A DNA stretch of 64,000 bases from an uncultured Gemmatimonadales bacterium (GCA_963817715.1 CAWFPG010000009.1:203133-267132), one strand, 5' to 3'. Positions 30,045 to 41,215 are shown, counted from the first letter of the stretch. The notes: a model not told the origin generated them from the sequence alone. Translations and numbers: made by a program.

Positions 30045-30335
30045 CTACTTGGCCTTGTTCACCACATCCTTGAGACCCTTGCCGGGCCGGAAGGCAGGCA
30101 CCTTGGAGGCCTTGATCTTGATCGTGGCGCCGGTCTGGGGGTTGCGGCCCTCACGCGCGGCCCGCTTGCGGACCTCGAAGCTGCCGAAACCGGTGAGGTT
30201 GATGCTGCCGCCCTTCTTCAGCTCCTTGGCGAGCAGGCCATCGGCCGAGAAGAACAGGTCCACGATCTCGCCTGCATGTGCCTTCGAGGTGTCGAGGGTC
30301 TTCGCAACCGCCTCGATGAGCTCCATCTTGTTCAC
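30045..30335 (-). CDS. hup: HU family DNA-binding protein
   Basis: GTG start after AGGAG; NKMELIEAVA...GFGSFEVRKRAAREGRNPQTG...VPAFRPGKGLKD. Confidence 0.95.
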   Translation of the reverse strand: MNKMELIEAVAKTLDTSKAHAGEIVDLFFSADGLLAKELKKGGSINLTGFGSFEVRKRAAREGRNPQTGATIKIKASKVPAFRPGKGLKDVVNKAK

Positions 30336-30515
30336 GGGACGCTCCTGGGTAGAAATGGGTGGGGCTGGTACCCGGGCCCGAACGGCCGGGGACGCGCGAG
30401 AATATGGGGACCGTGCGCGAAACTCCGCAAGATCCCTGACGATTCCGGCCATCTGGCCTCGGACCCCTTGCGGGACAAGGCCTGCCGACCGATACCACTA
30501 GACGGAAGCCGATTC

Positions 30516-31124
30516 ATGACCCACCACCGCCAGGGCCGGATCGAGATTGTGGCCGGCGTGATGTTCAGCGGCAAGAGCGAGGAACTCATCCGCCGGGTGC
30601 GCCGCGCGCTCATCGCGCGGCGCCGCGTTCGCGTCTTCAAGTCGCACCTCGATGCGCGCTACGAGGGACTCCATCGGGTGTCGAGCCACACCGGCATCAC
30701 CATCGAGGCCGTGCCGATCGATCGCGCCGAGGAGGTGCTCCGGTTGGTCGAGGATCCCGACACCGTCGACGTGGTCGCGATCGACGAGACGCAGTTTCTC
30801 GATGTCGGCGTGGTGGAGGTCGCCACCCATCTCGCCGAGCGCGGCGTGCGCGTGATCTGCGCCGGCACCGACACCGATTTCCGTGGCGAACCGTTCGGCA
30901 TGATGGGACACCTGATGGCGATCGCCGAGGAGGTCACCAAGTTGCAGGCGATCTGTGTCGTGTGCGGCGACCTGGCCTGTCGCAACCAGCGCCTGGTCGA
31001 CGGCCGGCCGGCGCCGTGGGACTCGCCTGTGGTGCAGGTGGGGGGCAGCGAAAGCTACGAAGCCCGCTGCCGGCGCTGCTTCCAGCTGCCGCGCCACGAC
31101 GAGGATCAGGTGGCGCTGCTGTGA
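30516..31124 (+). CDS. tdk: Thymidine kinase
   Basis: GVMFSGKSEEL, IDETQF, DFRGEPF, AICVVCG, YEARCRRC. Confidence 0.95.
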   Translation: MTHHRQGRIEIVAGVMFSGKSEELIRRVRRALIARRRVRVFKSHLDARYEGLHRVSSHTGITIEAVPIDRAEEVLRLVEDPDTVDVVAIDETQFLDVGVVEVATHLAERGVRVICAGTDTDFRGEPFGMMGHLMAIAEEVTKLQAICVVCGDLACRNQRLVDGRPAPWDSPVVQVGGSESYEARCRRCFQLPRHDEDQVALL

Positions 31125-31717
31125 CGCGCGTCATCGCGCTCACCGGCAATGTCGCGGCGGGCAAGTCGCACGTGGCGCAGTTGCTGCGCGCCCGGGGCGC
31201 CACCATCATCGACGCCGACCGCATCGTGCGCGAACTGCAGGTGCCCGGTCAACCGATCTTCGAACAGATCGTGGCGCACTTCGGTCGCAATGTGCTCACC
31301 GCCGATGGTACCCTCGATCGCGCGGCCCTGCGCCATCGCATCCTCACCGACAAGGACGCCCGACGCGAGCTTGAGCGCATCGTGCATCCGGCCGTCTCGG
31401 TGCGGCGCCAGGCACTCACCGACGAGGCGCGACGCCGAGGCGACCGCGTGGTGGTCGTCGACATTCCGCTGCTCTTCGAGGCCGACGACCCGAGTCGCTA
31501 CGATGCCATCCTGCTGGTCGACGCCCCGGCACCGGTGCGCCGCGAACGGCTGATCACCGAGCGGGGCCTCGCGCCCGACGAGGCGGATCGACTGCTCGCC
31601 GCCCAACTCCCCAGCGGACCCAAGCGAAGTGCCTCCCACTTCGTGATCGACAACGACGGCGACCTGGCGTCGCTCGAGGCACGAGTCGGCCAGGCGTGGG
31701 CCGCCCTGGTCGGGTGA
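31121..31717 (+). CDS. coaE: Dephospho-CoA kinase
   Basis: IALTGNVAAGKS, IIDAD, LERIVHP, DIPLLFE, VIDNDG. Confidence 0.93.
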   Translation: MTRVIALTGNVAAGKSHVAQLLRARGATIIDADRIVRELQVPGQPIFEQIVAHFGRNVLTADGTLDRAALRHRILTDKDARRELERIVHPAVSVRRQALTDEARRRGDRVVVVDIPLLFEADDPSRYDAILLVDAPAPVRRERLITERGLAPDEADRLLAAQLPSGPKRSASHFVIDNDGDLASLEARVGQAWAALVG

Positions 31718-32469
31718 CCGAGCACGTCTGGCTCGACCGGGAGCCGCGCGAGGCCTCGGAGCAGATGGCGATCGACCTGGCCATGCTCGATGTGGCCCTC
31801 GAACGAGGCCTGGTGCTGCTGCGCCTCTACCGCTGGCGCGAGGACACCCTGTCGCTGGGGGCCAATGAATCGGCCCGGCGCACCTGGGACCGGACCGCGC
31901 TGGAGCAGGACGGCGTGCCGTGCGTCCGCCGCCCGACCGGCGGGCGAGGCGTCTGGCACGCCGCCCGGGACCTCACCTACGCCTGGGCCGGGCCGAGCGG
32001 GGGGCCAGCGGGGGTGCGCCAGCGCTACCGCGATCTGCATCGCCGGCTGGCAGGGACGGTCACCGCCCTCGGGGTGGCCGCCGATCTTGCCGCTGCACCA
32101 CTGCGTGGCCCCGGACTGGTCGGCGCCTGCTTCGACAGCGCCGTGGGTGGCGAGGTGCTCATCGGTGGACGCAAGACGATCGGCTCGGCCCAGAAGGTGG
32201 TCGGGACGATGCTGCTCCAGCACGGGGCGATTGCCCTGGCCGATGCCCCGACGCCCGACCGCTACCGGAGATCCGCCCCGCCAGCGACGGCACGATCATC
32301 GCAGGAATCGACGCTGCCCGATGCCGATCGGCTGGCCGAACGGCTCCGCGCCGACTGGCTCGCCTCCGGCGCCGTGCAGGCCGGCCCCGAGTTGACGTCC
32401 CGGATCCTGCAGGCCAGCGTGCAGCACGGGGACCGGTTCCGGGATCCCGGTTGGACCTGGCGCCGCTGA
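31714..32469 (+). CDS. Lipoate-protein ligase/octanoyltransferase family protein (LplA/LipM-like)
   Basis: QMAIDLAML, LRLYRW, VRRPTGGRGVWH, ACF, GRKTIGSAQ, LLQHG. Confidence 0.85.
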   Translation: MTEHVWLDREPREASEQMAIDLAMLDVALERGLVLLRLYRWREDTLSLGANESARRTWDRTALEQDGVPCVRRPTGGRGVWHAARDLTYAWAGPSGGPAGVRQRYRDLHRRLAGTVTALGVAADLAAAPLRGPGLVGACFDSAVGGEVLIGGRKTIGSAQKVVGTMLLQHGAIALADAPTPDRYRRSAPPATARSSQESTLPDADRLAERLRADWLASGAVQAGPELTSRILQASVQHGDRFRDPGWTWRR

Positions 32470-32498
32470 CCTCCGCTCCCCAGACCGCAGGGACCCCG

Positions 32499-34130
32499 AT
32501 GCGTCGATTCCTCGCTCCGCTGCTGGTCCTGTTCGCCCCGCTCGGCGGGGCCGCGCTGGCGGCCCAGGCCGCAGCCCCCGCCGGCACCCTGGTGATGGCG
32601 GTGCCGGCCGATCCCCGCCCGATCCCCTATGTCACCTTCCGCGGCACCCACGATGCCGACGTCGCCGACCAACTTTTCCTGCGGCTCGCAGGCCTCGGCC
32701 CCTCCCTGCGCACCACCGGTGACGCGGCGATGCAACCCGAACTCGCCTCGAGCTGGCGACGACTCGACTCGGTGACGGTCGAGTTCACCATCGACCCGCG
32801 GGCCCGCTGGCACGATGGCGCACCCGTGACCAGCCGCGACGTGACCTTCACCTGGCGGTTGATCCGCGACCCGGCTCTCGGCGTGGACCAGGCGCCGTTC
32901 GCCCTGCTCGACAGCGTCACGGCCGCCGATCCGCGGCACGTCACCTTCCATTTCAACCGGCCCAGCAGCGAGCAGGTCTATGTGGCGGGGTTCCAGTTCC
33001 AGCCCCTGCCGGCACACCTGCTCGCGGCGCTGCCAACCGACTCGATCGCCACCTCGAGTTTCGCCGCGAGTCCGGTCGGCAACGGCCCGTATCGGTTCGT
33101 GCGCCGGGTGCCCGGCCAGCTCTACGAGCTCCGTGCAGCCGCCAGCTTCTTCCGCGGCACGCCCGGGCTCGCCCGGCTGGTCTTCCGGGTGATCCCCGAT
33201 GCCACCGCACGATTCACCGCCCTGTTGAGCGGCGAGACCGACGTGATGGACAACCTCACGCCGTCGCAGGCGACGACCGTGCGAGACCGGAACGGTCTGC
33301 ACACGGTTGCGATCCCGAACAACCTGGTGGTCTACCTGCTGTTCAACGCGCGGACGCCGGGTGACCCCACGACCGCGCACCCGATCCTCACCGACTCGCG
33401 GGTGCGCCGCGCCCTGGCCCTCGCGCTCGACCGGCGCACCATCGCCCGCACCACCTTCGGCCGCTCGACGCTGGCACCAGAGGCAGTTCGCTCGCAGGCG
33501 TGGAACTGGCTCGGCACCATCCCGCCACCGGCGACGGCCGATCGCAGCGCGGCGCAGCGACTGCTTGCGGCGGCCGGGTGGCGCGACAGCGACGGCGATG
33601 GCACCCTCGATCGCGACGGCCAGCCGCTCGCGTTGCACATCATCTACCCAGCGCCGTCGGCCGCGCGCAGCGCGATCGCGGTGCAGGTCGAGCGAATGCT
33701 GCAGGCGGTGGGGGTGCACGCGATCCTCGAACCGCTCGATGGTCCGGTCTGGTACGGGCGCCGCCGTGCCGGCGCGTTCGACATCGACATCTCGGCGGTG
33801 AACCAGGATCCGACGCCGCTGTCGCTGGTGCAGAGCTGGTCGTGCGGTTCGGCCTCGCAGGCGACATCGAGCAACGTCGGACACTGGTGTGACCCGGAAT
33901 TCGATCGACTGCTTGCGGCCGCCGGCCGGGCGCGCGACCCCGAAGCCGGCTATCGCCTCGCCCTGGCGCGGATGGCCGAGTGGCGACCAGCGGTGACGGT
34001 GGCGGCGCCGATCAATCTCATCGCAGTTCACGCCCGCTACACGAACGTGATCGCCCATCCGATCAAGACCTGGACCGATCTCTGGCGGTGGCGAGTGCGG
34101 CCCGGGGCCGAGCTGCCGCGCGATCGCTGA
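32499..34130 (+). CDS. Peptide/nickel ABC transporter substrate-binding protein
   Basis: Signal peptide; ARWHDGAPVTSRDV.FT, PVGNGPYRF, DSRVRRALALALDR, AGWRDSDGDG. Confidence 0.9.
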   Translation: MRRFLAPLLVLFAPLGGAALAAQAAAPAGTLVMAVPADPRPIPYVTFRGTHDADVADQLFLRLAGLGPSLRTTGDAAMQPELASSWRRLDSVTVEFTIDPRARWHDGAPVTSRDVTFTWRLIRDPALGVDQAPFALLDSVTAADPRHVTFHFNRPSSEQVYVAGFQFQPLPAHLLAALPTDSIATSSFAASPVGNGPYRFVRRVPGQLYELRAAASFFRGTPGLARLVFRVIPDATARFTALLSGETDVMDNLTPSQATTVRDRNGLHTVAIPNNLVVYLLFNARTPGDPTTAHPILTDSRVRRALALALDRRTIARTTFGRSTLAPEAVRSQAWNWLGTIPPPATADRSAAQRLLAAAGWRDSDGDGTLDRDGQPLALHIIYPAPSAARSAIAVQVERMLQAVGVHAILEPLDGPVWYGRRRAGAFDIDISAVNQDPTPLSLVQSWSCGSASQATSSNVGHWCDPEFDRLLAAAGRARDPEAGYRLALARMAEWRPAVTVAAPINLIAVHARYTNVIAHPIKTWTDLWRWRVRPGAELPRDR

Positions 34131-34131
34131 C

Positions 34132-35103
34132 GTGACCGCCTGGGCGATCCGCCGCACCATCGAGGCAATCCTGCTCACCCTGGCGGGGACGATCATCCTC
34201 GTGGCACTGGTGCACCTCCTCCCCGGCGATCCCGTCGGCGCGATCATCGGCGACCGGGCACTCGAGCCGGGCGTCGCGGCAGCGTTCCGGGAACGATGGG
34301 GACTCGATCGCCCGCTCCTCGCCCAGGTCGGGGGATTCCTCGCCGGCATGCTGCATGGTGACCTCGGACGCTCGCTGATCCAGGAGCGACCGGTCACCAC
34401 GATTCTCGCCGAGCGGCTCGGGCCGACCCTGCTGCTGGGCGGCCTCACCCTGCTGATCGACTTCACGATCGGCCTGGCGATCGGTCTCTGGACGGCGCTT
34501 CGTCCGCGCACGCCCGCGGCGCGTGCGGTCGGCGTGCTGACGCTCGCCACCTACACGATTCCGTCGTTCGTGATCGGACTGGTGCTGGTCTGGCTCTTCG
34601 CCGTGGTGTGGCACCTCCTCCCCGCCGGCGGGGCCGCCGATCCGCTGCTCGCCGGCGATGCGACGACCCTGGCCATGCTGACCGACCGGCTCCGTCACCT
34701 CGTCCTGCCGGTGGCCACGCTGGTGCTCGCGACCATTGCGGTCCCGATCCGTCAGCAGATGAGCGCCGCGAATGGTACCCGGCAGGCGGCATGGGTGACC
34801 GCGGCGCGCGCCCGCGGCGTGTCCCCATGGCGAGTGGCGTGGCGGCACATCTGGCAGCCGGCGCTCTCGCCGATCATCACCCTGCTGGGGCTCTGGCTGC
34901 CGCTGCTGGTCTCGGGCGCCGTGTTCGTCGAGGCGGTCTTCGCCTGGCCCGGGCTCGGTGCGCTGATCGCCGAGGCGACGGCGAGCCGCGACCTGCCGCT
35001 GGTGATCGGCGCGGGGGTCCTGCTGGTGGCGGCGGTGCAATTCGGTTCGCTGGTGGCCGATCTCCTCTATCGGGTCGTCGACCCGGCGCAGCGCGACGGA
35101 TGA
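34132..35103 (+). CDS. Peptide ABC transporter permease (DppB-like)
   Basis: LLPGDP, GDLGRS, HLVLPV, TAARARG, VEAVFAWPGLG. Confidence 0.92.
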   Translation: MTAWAIRRTIEAILLTLAGTIILVALVHLLPGDPVGAIIGDRALEPGVAAAFRERWGLDRPLLAQVGGFLAGMLHGDLGRSLIQERPVTTILAERLGPTLLLGGLTLLIDFTIGLAIGLWTALRPRTPAARAVGVLTLATYTIPSFVIGLVLVWLFAVVWHLLPAGGAADPLLAGDATTLAMLTDRLRHLVLPVATLVLATIAVPIRQQMSAANGTRQAAWVTAARARGVSPWRVAWRHIWQPALSPIITLLGLWLPLLVSGAVFVEAVFAWPGLGALIAEATASRDLPLVIGAGVLLVAAVQFGSLVADLLYRVVDPAQRDG

Positions 35104-35906
35104 CGGCCGCCACCCGCCTGGGACTCGGCTGTGCCACCGTCGTGGCGCTGCTGGCGATCGCTGGCCCGCTGCTCACCGGTGATCCGCTCGCCCAACCGGA
35201 CCTGCTCAACGGCGCCCTGCTGGCACCATCGATGACCCATTGGCTGGGGACCGACCAGTTCTCACGCGACGTGCTGGCCCGACTGGCCCACGGCGCGCGA
35301 CTCTCGCTGCTCATCGCCCTGCTGGCGATCACCATCGCCGGTAGCATCGGCACCGGACTCGGCCTGATCGCCGGCGGCGGCCGCGGTGCCATCGCGGCCA
35401 CCGCCACGCGGCTGATCGATCTGGCGCTCGCCCTCCCTCGGGTGGTGGTGCTGCTGGTCCTGGCCACCGCGATCGGCACCCTGCCCCCAGCACTCCTTGG
35501 GGCAGTCCTCGGGCTCACCGGCTGGCCCGGGATCGCGCGCCTGGTGCGCGGCGAGGCACTGCGGCTCCGCGGTGCCGATTACGTGACGGCAGCCGTCGCC
35601 CTCGGGGCGACCCCGAGCCGTGTGCTGGTGCATGAGGTCCTCGCCGGCACCCTGCCCCCGGCACTGGTCGCGGCCACCCTCGGGCTCGCCGACGTCCTGC
35701 TGCTGGAGGCCGGACTCTCGTTCCTGGGCATCGGCGTGCGGCCGCCGGAGCCGACGTGGGGCAACATGATCCTCGAGGCCCGACCCCACCTGGCGGCGGC
35801 ACCGTGGCTGCTCCTCGCCCCGGGCGCGGCCTTGGTTGTCGCCACGGCCGCGGCCACATTGCTCGGCGACGCCCTCCGATCCCGGCTCCAGGCGCATACC
35901 CGATGA
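35100..35906 (+). CDS. Peptide ABC transporter permease (DppC-like)
   Basis: HWLGTDQFSRD, DYVTAAVALGA, EAGLSFLGIG..PP.PTWGNMI. Confidence 0.92.
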   Translation: MTAATRLGLGCATVVALLAIAGPLLTGDPLAQPDLLNGALLAPSMTHWLGTDQFSRDVLARLAHGARLSLLIALLAITIAGSIGTGLGLIAGGGRGAIAATATRLIDLALALPRVVVLLVLATAIGTLPPALLGAVLGLTGWPGIARLVRGEALRLRGADYVTAAVALGATPSRVLVHEVLAGTLPPALVAATLGLADVLLLEAGLSFLGIGVRPPEPTWGNMILEARPHLAAAPWLLLAPGAALVVATAAATLLGDALRSRLQAHTR

Positions 35907-36892
35907 CTGCACTCCTCGACGTCAGCCAGTTGCGAGTCTCGTTTCCCGGTCAGGGAACGGGGCGAACCGTCGCAGTCGACGGGATCTCATTCGAGATCGG
36001 GCGCGGCGAGCTGGTGGCCCTGGTTGGCGAATCGGGCTGCGGCAAGAGCCTGACTGGCCTGGCGCTCCTCGGCCTGCTCCCCGCTGGGGCCCGGCTCGAA
36101 CCGGGGAGCGCGGTGCGATTCGAGGGCACCGACCTCACGACCCTCCCCGCGGCCAAGCTCAGGGCCTACCGCGGGGCCCGCATCGCGATGGTCTTCCAGG
36201 ATCCGATGTCCTCCCTCAATCCGGTGATGCGAATCGGTGACCAGGTCGCCGAGGCGATCCGGGCCCACCGCTCCGCCAGTCGCGCCGAGGCCCGAGCCAG
36301 GGCAATCGAGCTGCTCGGCGAGGTGGGGATCGCCGACCCGGTCTCGCGGGTCGATGCCTGGCCGCACCAGTTGAGCGGCGGCATGCGGCAGCGGGTGATG
36401 ATCGCCATCGCGCTGGCGGCCGAGCCCGACCTGCTGATCGCCGATGAACCGACCACGGCGCTCGACGTCACCGTCCAGGCCCAGATCCTCGAGTTGCTCG
36501 ACCAGATCCGCGCCACACGCGGGATGGCGGTACTGCTGATCACCCACGACCTCGGCATCGTGGCTGGCCGGGCAGAGCGCGTGCTGGTGATGTACGCTGG
36601 GCGAATCGTCGAGTGGGCGGACACCCGCGATCTTTTTGCCGACCCGATGCACCCCTACACTCGCGGTCTCTTCGGGTCGCTGCCGCGCATGGACAGCGAC
36701 GACGAGCGACTGCAGCCGATTCCGGGGACGGTGCCACCACCCGATCGCTGGCCGGCAGGTTGCCGTTTCCATCCCCGCTGCCCGCTGGCGATCGCCCGTT
36801 GTGCCGAGGAGGTGCCGCCGCTCGAGGTCCTGGCCGACTCGCACGCGACGGCGTGCTGGGTCGCGATGGCCGACACGGCGGCGGCTCGATGA
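35903..36892 (+). CDS. Peptide ABC transporter ATP-binding protein (DppD-like)
   Basis: [41 protein letters not shown]. Confidence 0.95.
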   Translation: MTALLDVSQLRVSFPGQGTGRTVAVDGISFEIGRGELVALVGESGCGKSLTGLALLGLLPAGARLEPGSAVRFEGTDLTTLPAAKLRAYRGARIAMVFQDPMSSLNPVMRIGDQVAEAIRAHRSASRAEARARAIELLGEVGIADPVSRVDAWPHQLSGGMRQRVMIAIALAAEPDLLIADEPTTALDVTVQAQILELLDQIRATRGMAVLLITHDLGIVAGRAERVLVMYAGRIVEWADTRDLFADPMHPYTRGLFGSLPRMDSDDERLQPIPGTVPPPDRWPAGCRFHPRCPLAIARCAEEVPPLEVLADSHATACWVAMADTAAAR

Positions 36893-37863
36893 CCACGCCG
36901 CTCGTCGAAGTGCGCGACCTGGTCAAGCACTATCGCCAGGGCGGCTGGCTCACCGGCGCCAAGCCGGTGGTCCGCGCGGTCGACGGCGTCTCCTTCGACG
37001 TGGCGCCCGGAGAGACCCTGGGACTGGTCGGCGAATCGGGGAGCGGCAAGTCGACGGTGGGACGCGCGGTGCTGCGACTCGAACCGCCCACGGCCGGCAC
37101 TGTCCGCTTCGACGGCACCGACCTCGCGTCGCTCGATCCTGCGGCGCTGCGCGCCCTGCGACGGCGGATGCAGGTCGTCTTCCAGGATCCGCACGGGGCG
37201 CTCAACCCGCGGCGCACCATCGGTGCTTCGATCGCCGAGGGGATCATCATCCACCGGATGGCGCCTCGCGCTGAGCTCGCCGGGCGCGTCGCGGCCCTGC
37301 TCGAGGAAGTCGGCCTCGACCCGAGCTACGCCGACCGCTATCCGCACGAATTCTCCGGTGGACAGCGCCAGCGCATCGGCATCGCCCGGGCGCTCGCCGT
37401 GGAACCGTCGTTCATCGTCTGCGACGAACCGGTCTCGGCGCTCGACGTCTCGATCCAGGCCCAGGTCCTCAACCTGCTGGTCGACCTGCGCGAGCGACGT
37501 GACCTGGCGTACCTGTTCATCGCCCACGATCTCGCGGTCGTGCGCCAGATTGCCCAGCGGGTGGCGGTCATGTACCTCGGCACCATCGTCGAGCTCGGAC
37601 CCGCGCGCACGGTGATCGGCATGCCGCGACATCCGTACACCAAGGCGCTGGTGTCGGCGGTGCCACATCCCGATCCGGATCACGCCACGTCGCGCATCGT
37701 GCTCGAGGGCGAGCCACCATCGCCGTCTGCGCCCCCACCGGGCTGCCCATTCGAGCCGCGCTGCTTCCATCCCGCGAAGGATGCCCGCTGCCGAGCCGAA
37801 CGCCCGGCGTTGCTGCCGATCGACGACCGGATGGTGGCGTGTCATCATGAGGTCGGGAGTTGA
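36889..37863 (+). CDS. Peptide ABC transporter ATP-binding protein (DppF-like)
   Basis: [32 protein letters not shown]. Confidence 0.95.
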   Translation: MTTPLVEVRDLVKHYRQGGWLTGAKPVVRAVDGVSFDVAPGETLGLVGESGSGKSTVGRAVLRLEPPTAGTVRFDGTDLASLDPAALRALRRRMQVVFQDPHGALNPRRTIGASIAEGIIIHRMAPRAELAGRVAALLEEVGLDPSYADRYPHEFSGGQRQRIGIARALAVEPSFIVCDEPVSALDVSIQAQVLNLLVDLRERRDLAYLFIAHDLAVVRQIAQRVAVMYLGTIVELGPARTVIGMPRHPYTKALVSAVPHPDPDHATSRIVLEGEPPSPSAPPPGCPFEPRCFHPAKDARCRAERPALLPIDDRMVACHHEVGS

Positions 37864-37869
37864 TCGCCG

Positions 37870-38661
37870 ATGTCCTCGACACTCCACCTGATCGACGCCT
37901 TCACCGACCGGCCCTTCGCCGGCAACCCCGCGGGTGTGGTGTTGCTCGACGCGGCGCGCTCCGACGGCTGGATGCAACGCCTGGCCATGGAGATGAACCA
38001 GGCCGAGACCGCCTTCCTGCTGCCGGAAGATGAAGGCTGGTCGTTGCGCTGGTTCACGCCACGAGCCGAGGTTGATCTCTGCGGCCACGCGACACTGGCG
38101 TCGGCCCACGCCCTGTGGACCCACCATGGGGCGACCGCGGCCCGGTTGCGCTTCCAGACCCGGAGCGGCGAACTGCTGGCCGAACGCGACGGCGATGGAG
38201 CGATCACGATCGACCTCCCCGCCCTCGACTCCGAGCCGGTCGCGCCGCCACCCGATCACGAGGTCGCGCTGGGCCTGGTGCCGCGAGAGAGTTGGCGCGG
38301 GCCGTACGACCTGATGTTCCTGCTGGATGATCCCGAGGCCGTGGCCGCACTCGACCCCGACCTGGGTGCACTGGCGCGCTGGGACGCGCGCGGGGTGATC
38401 GTCACCGCCGCCGGCGGCCCCGACGGGGTGGACTTCGTCTCTCGGTTCTTCGCACCGGCCCTCGGCGTGCCCGAGGATCCCGTGACCGGGAGCGCGCACT
38501 GTGCCCTGGCACCGTGGTGGCAGGCGCGGTTGGGACGGGGAACGTTGCGGGCGGCGCAGCTCTCGCCGCGCGGTGGCCGGATCACCTGCCGGGTTCGCGA
38601 CGATCGGGTCGAACTCACCGGTCACGCCTGCACCACACTCGAGGCGGTGGTGCTGGCCTGA
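37870..38661 (+). CDS. PhzF family isomerase
   Basis: DAFTDRPFAGNPAGV, ETAF, LRWFTP..EVDLCGHATLA, EDPVTGSAHC. Confidence 0.93.
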   Translation: MSSTLHLIDAFTDRPFAGNPAGVVLLDAARSDGWMQRLAMEMNQAETAFLLPEDEGWSLRWFTPRAEVDLCGHATLASAHALWTHHGATAARLRFQTRSGELLAERDGDGAITIDLPALDSEPVAPPPDHEVALGLVPRESWRGPYDLMFLLDDPEAVAALDPDLGALARWDARGVIVTAAGGPDGVDFVSRFFAPALGVPEDPVTGSAHCALAPWWQARLGRGTLRAAQLSPRGGRITCRVRDDRVELTGHACTTLEAVVLA

Positions 38662-38686
38662 TCCCGTGACCTGCCAGGGAAGCGGC

Positions 38687-39547
38687 CTAGTTGCTGACCG
38701 GGCCGGCGTCGATCGGGGCAAGTGGCGGCCGTGACCCGGAGCCGGTGGAGCTGGGCAGCGGATCGACCGGTGCCAGTTCCACCCGGATCACTGCCGGACC
38801 GCGAATGACCAGCAGGTGCTCGCCATCGGGCTTCACCGCAGTCCGCCGGATCACCGCGCGCGCCTCGGGATCGACCCAGTAGTGCAGCACGTGTCCGCCG
38901 AGCTTGGCCTGAATCACCCAGACCGGCTCGAACACGATCCCGCCGCGGATCATTCGCGGCTGGCTGACCTGCTCGACGATCTCGAACTGGAGCCAGTCCA
39001 TTCGATCGCCGATCCCGGTCACCACCGGTAGCGCCCCACCGGTTCCCGCACGCATCGGCATCGCCCCGAGCACCACGTCGATCCCCGCCAGGCCGTATGG
39101 TTCGGCGGTGTGCAGCCCGCGCCATTGCCGGCGATGCCCGTCGGGAGTGATCTGCTCCCCGCGCACGCTGCGCCGGTCGAACTGCAGGCGGGTGACGCCA
39201 TCGGAGTCGTGACGCACACTGCGAATGGTCCTCAGGGAATACCGATCCATCCAGATGCTATCGAGCACTGGTTGGCCAAGGGCGTCCACGCTGTTGCGAG
39301 TCACCAACCAGATCCGCTCGCCCTTGATCCGGACGGTATCGAGACGAAACTCGCCCTCGAGCACATCCACCGTGTCGCCATCGATCGGTCGGCGGACCCG
39401 CTCCACCACGTTGACCGGCTTGAGCCTGCCGCCGTTGGGGGTCGGGTTCGCGCCGAAGAAGCCGTAGTTCTGGAGTTCCAGACCAACCGCGGAACAACCG
39501 GCAACCAGGATGACCAGGATCGGCAGTGATCGGAGGGAGAGACGCAG
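38687..39547 (-). CDS. Hypothetical lipoprotein
   Basis: Hydrophobic stretch with lipobox VAGC; beta-rich body. Start inferred at CTG 39547, 6 nt after GGAG. Confidence 0.65.
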   Translation of the reverse strand: MRLSLRSLPILVILVAGCSAVGLELQNYGFFGANPTPNGGRLKPVNVVERVRRPIDGDTVDVLEGEFRLDTVRIKGERIWLVTRNSVDALGQPVLDSIWMDRYSLRTIRSVRHDSDGVTRLQFDRRSVRGEQITPDGHRRQWRGLHTAEPYGLAGIDVVLGAMPMRAGTGGALPVVTGIGDRMDWLQFEIVEQVSQPRMIRGGIVFEPVWVIQAKLGGHVLHYWVDPEARAVIRRTAVKPDGEHLLVIRGPAVIRVELAPVDPLPSSTGSGSRPPLAPIDAGPVSN

Positions 39548-40093
39548 CGTCGGCTCCGCGGCAGGTGACGTGGGCAAGCGCCCGGCGAGAACCGGGAGGT
39601 GACCGTGGTACGACAAGCTAGGCGGGCTGGTTGAACAGTGGTAGCGACCGCCGTCCCGCACCGGCACGCCTTGCGACCGGCCGAACGCCGCGACCAGGCA
39701 CAGGGTTGGCAAGCACGGCCCGAAGGAGGACCCCCCGAGCCTCGGCATTGGTCACAACGGCCGTGGTCGCCAGGAGCCGGGCGGTGGCGGGTCATCTCGA
39801 AGGCCGACCTACGGATGCCCGCATTACCAACCCAAAACGGCAGAAACGGGAACCCAATCTCATCTTTGTTGGGCCCCGGAGCATCGCGCCGAGTCGGTCG
39901 GGATGTGGCGAGATGTGCCGACCAGGACCTCTCCAGCCGTTCCATGTGACCTCGATCCGAGGACGAGGGTCTCTCGTACTGGCTACCGCCCCCAGTCGGC
40001 AGTACACCCTGCTACCCTTCTCCGTCCTCCCTTCGCGGGAGGGATCCCGATCCTGCCCAGACTTGCATCACGACCCTGACGCTCGAGCCCCCA

Positions 40094-41215
40094 ATGAAGC
40101 CAGCGTGGTCGCATTTCCTCGTTAGCCTGATGGTGCTCACCGCCTGCAGCCACAGCGATCCGTTCCCGACGGGCCCCCAGCTTGGCGATGGCTCCTACGA
40201 CCAGATCGAGCCGATCCGCCTCACGTTCAGCCCTGGCGACGACGGGTGGCCGACGGTGAGTGCCGACGGCCAGTGGATCTCGTATCGCTATGCCCGGGGG
40301 ACAGCGGATCGTGACTTCTGCGCCGGGCTCCTGCCGATCGCCGGCGGGCAACGCCTCGCCAGTCTCTGCGCCTGGGAGACCAACGACGCCAGCCGCTCGG
40401 ACGACTTCCGTTCGGCGGTGCTCCTCGACGACCAGACGGTCGCGTATACCCGCTACTCGTCTGGCACCGGGAACCAGTCGCCCCAGGTGGCGGGACTCTA
40501 TGTCGCCAAGCTCGACGCCCTGCGCGACGCCCGCGAGGTGCTGCCCCTGCTCGGCCGACCCGCCGGAGGGAGCGACAACTATCTCTATCTGCTGGGTCCG
40601 GTGCGCGAGGACGACCACACGATCCTGGTGCTGGCGACCAAGGCCTACATCGGCCCCAAGTACGCCAATGGGCCGGTCGACACCACCTACCGGGGCGTCG
40701 AGATCTCGCGGATCGATGTCGCCACCACCCCGGCCAGCGTGACCCCGATCGCCCCGGCCACCGATGCGGTGGGGTGGGCCTTCGACCCTTCAACCCGAAT
40801 GGCCTACTTCCACCGGCCGACCTATTCCGCCCCGCCGGGGAGCGGCTCCTTCAGCGTGGTGGCCGACACGATCTTCCGGGTGTCGCTCGCTGGCGGCACC
40901 CCGGAAGCGGTGTACGGTCGTGCTCCCGTCGCGGGTGAGTATGAAGGGGCACTCGACGGCTTCACGGTGGTGGAGGGCCGCCTCTTGGTGAGCCAGCACT
41001 CCACGCGGATCCTGCCGTCGCCCCCGGGCGGATTCGAGACCAGGAGCGAAATCGGCGAGGTACAGCCCGACGGATCGCTCGACCCGCTCAACATCCGGCT
41101 CACCCTGAATGGCGCACTCTGGACGAGGCTCGCGGCGAGTCCGGACGGTCATTCGCTCGTGGCCGCGAGTGTCCTTCTCGGCCAGCGCGACCTCTACCGG
41201 TTCGACCTCCAGTGA
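40094..41215 (+). CDS. Lipoprotein with TolB/WD40-like beta-propeller features
   Basis: Lipobox LTAC; PTVSADGQWISY, AASPDGHSLV, RDLYRFDL. Confidence 0.7.
   Translation: MKPAWSHFLVSLMVLTACSHSDPFPTGPQLGDGSYDQIEPIRLTFSPGDDGWPTVSADGQWISYRYARGTADRDFCAGLLPIAGGQRLASLCAWETNDASRSDDFRSAVLLDDQTVAYTRYSSGTGNQSPQVAGLYVAKLDALRDAREVLPLLGRPAGGSDNYLYLLGPVREDDHTILVLATKAYIGPKYANGPVDTTYRGVEISRIDVATTPASVTPIAPATDAVGWAFDPSTRMAYFHRPTYSAPPGSGSFSVVADTIFRVSLAGGTPEAVYGRAPVAGEYEGALDGFTVVEGRLLVSQHSTRILPSPPGGFETRSEIGEVQPDGSLDPLNIRLTLNGALWTRLAASPDGHSLVAASVLLGQRDLYRFDLQ

Noticed and set aside
39960-40015. Minus-strand GGGGGCGG start resembling a tmRNA or tRNA 5' end
   Set aside because: No TTCGA T-loop, acceptor stem or tag reading frame could be found.
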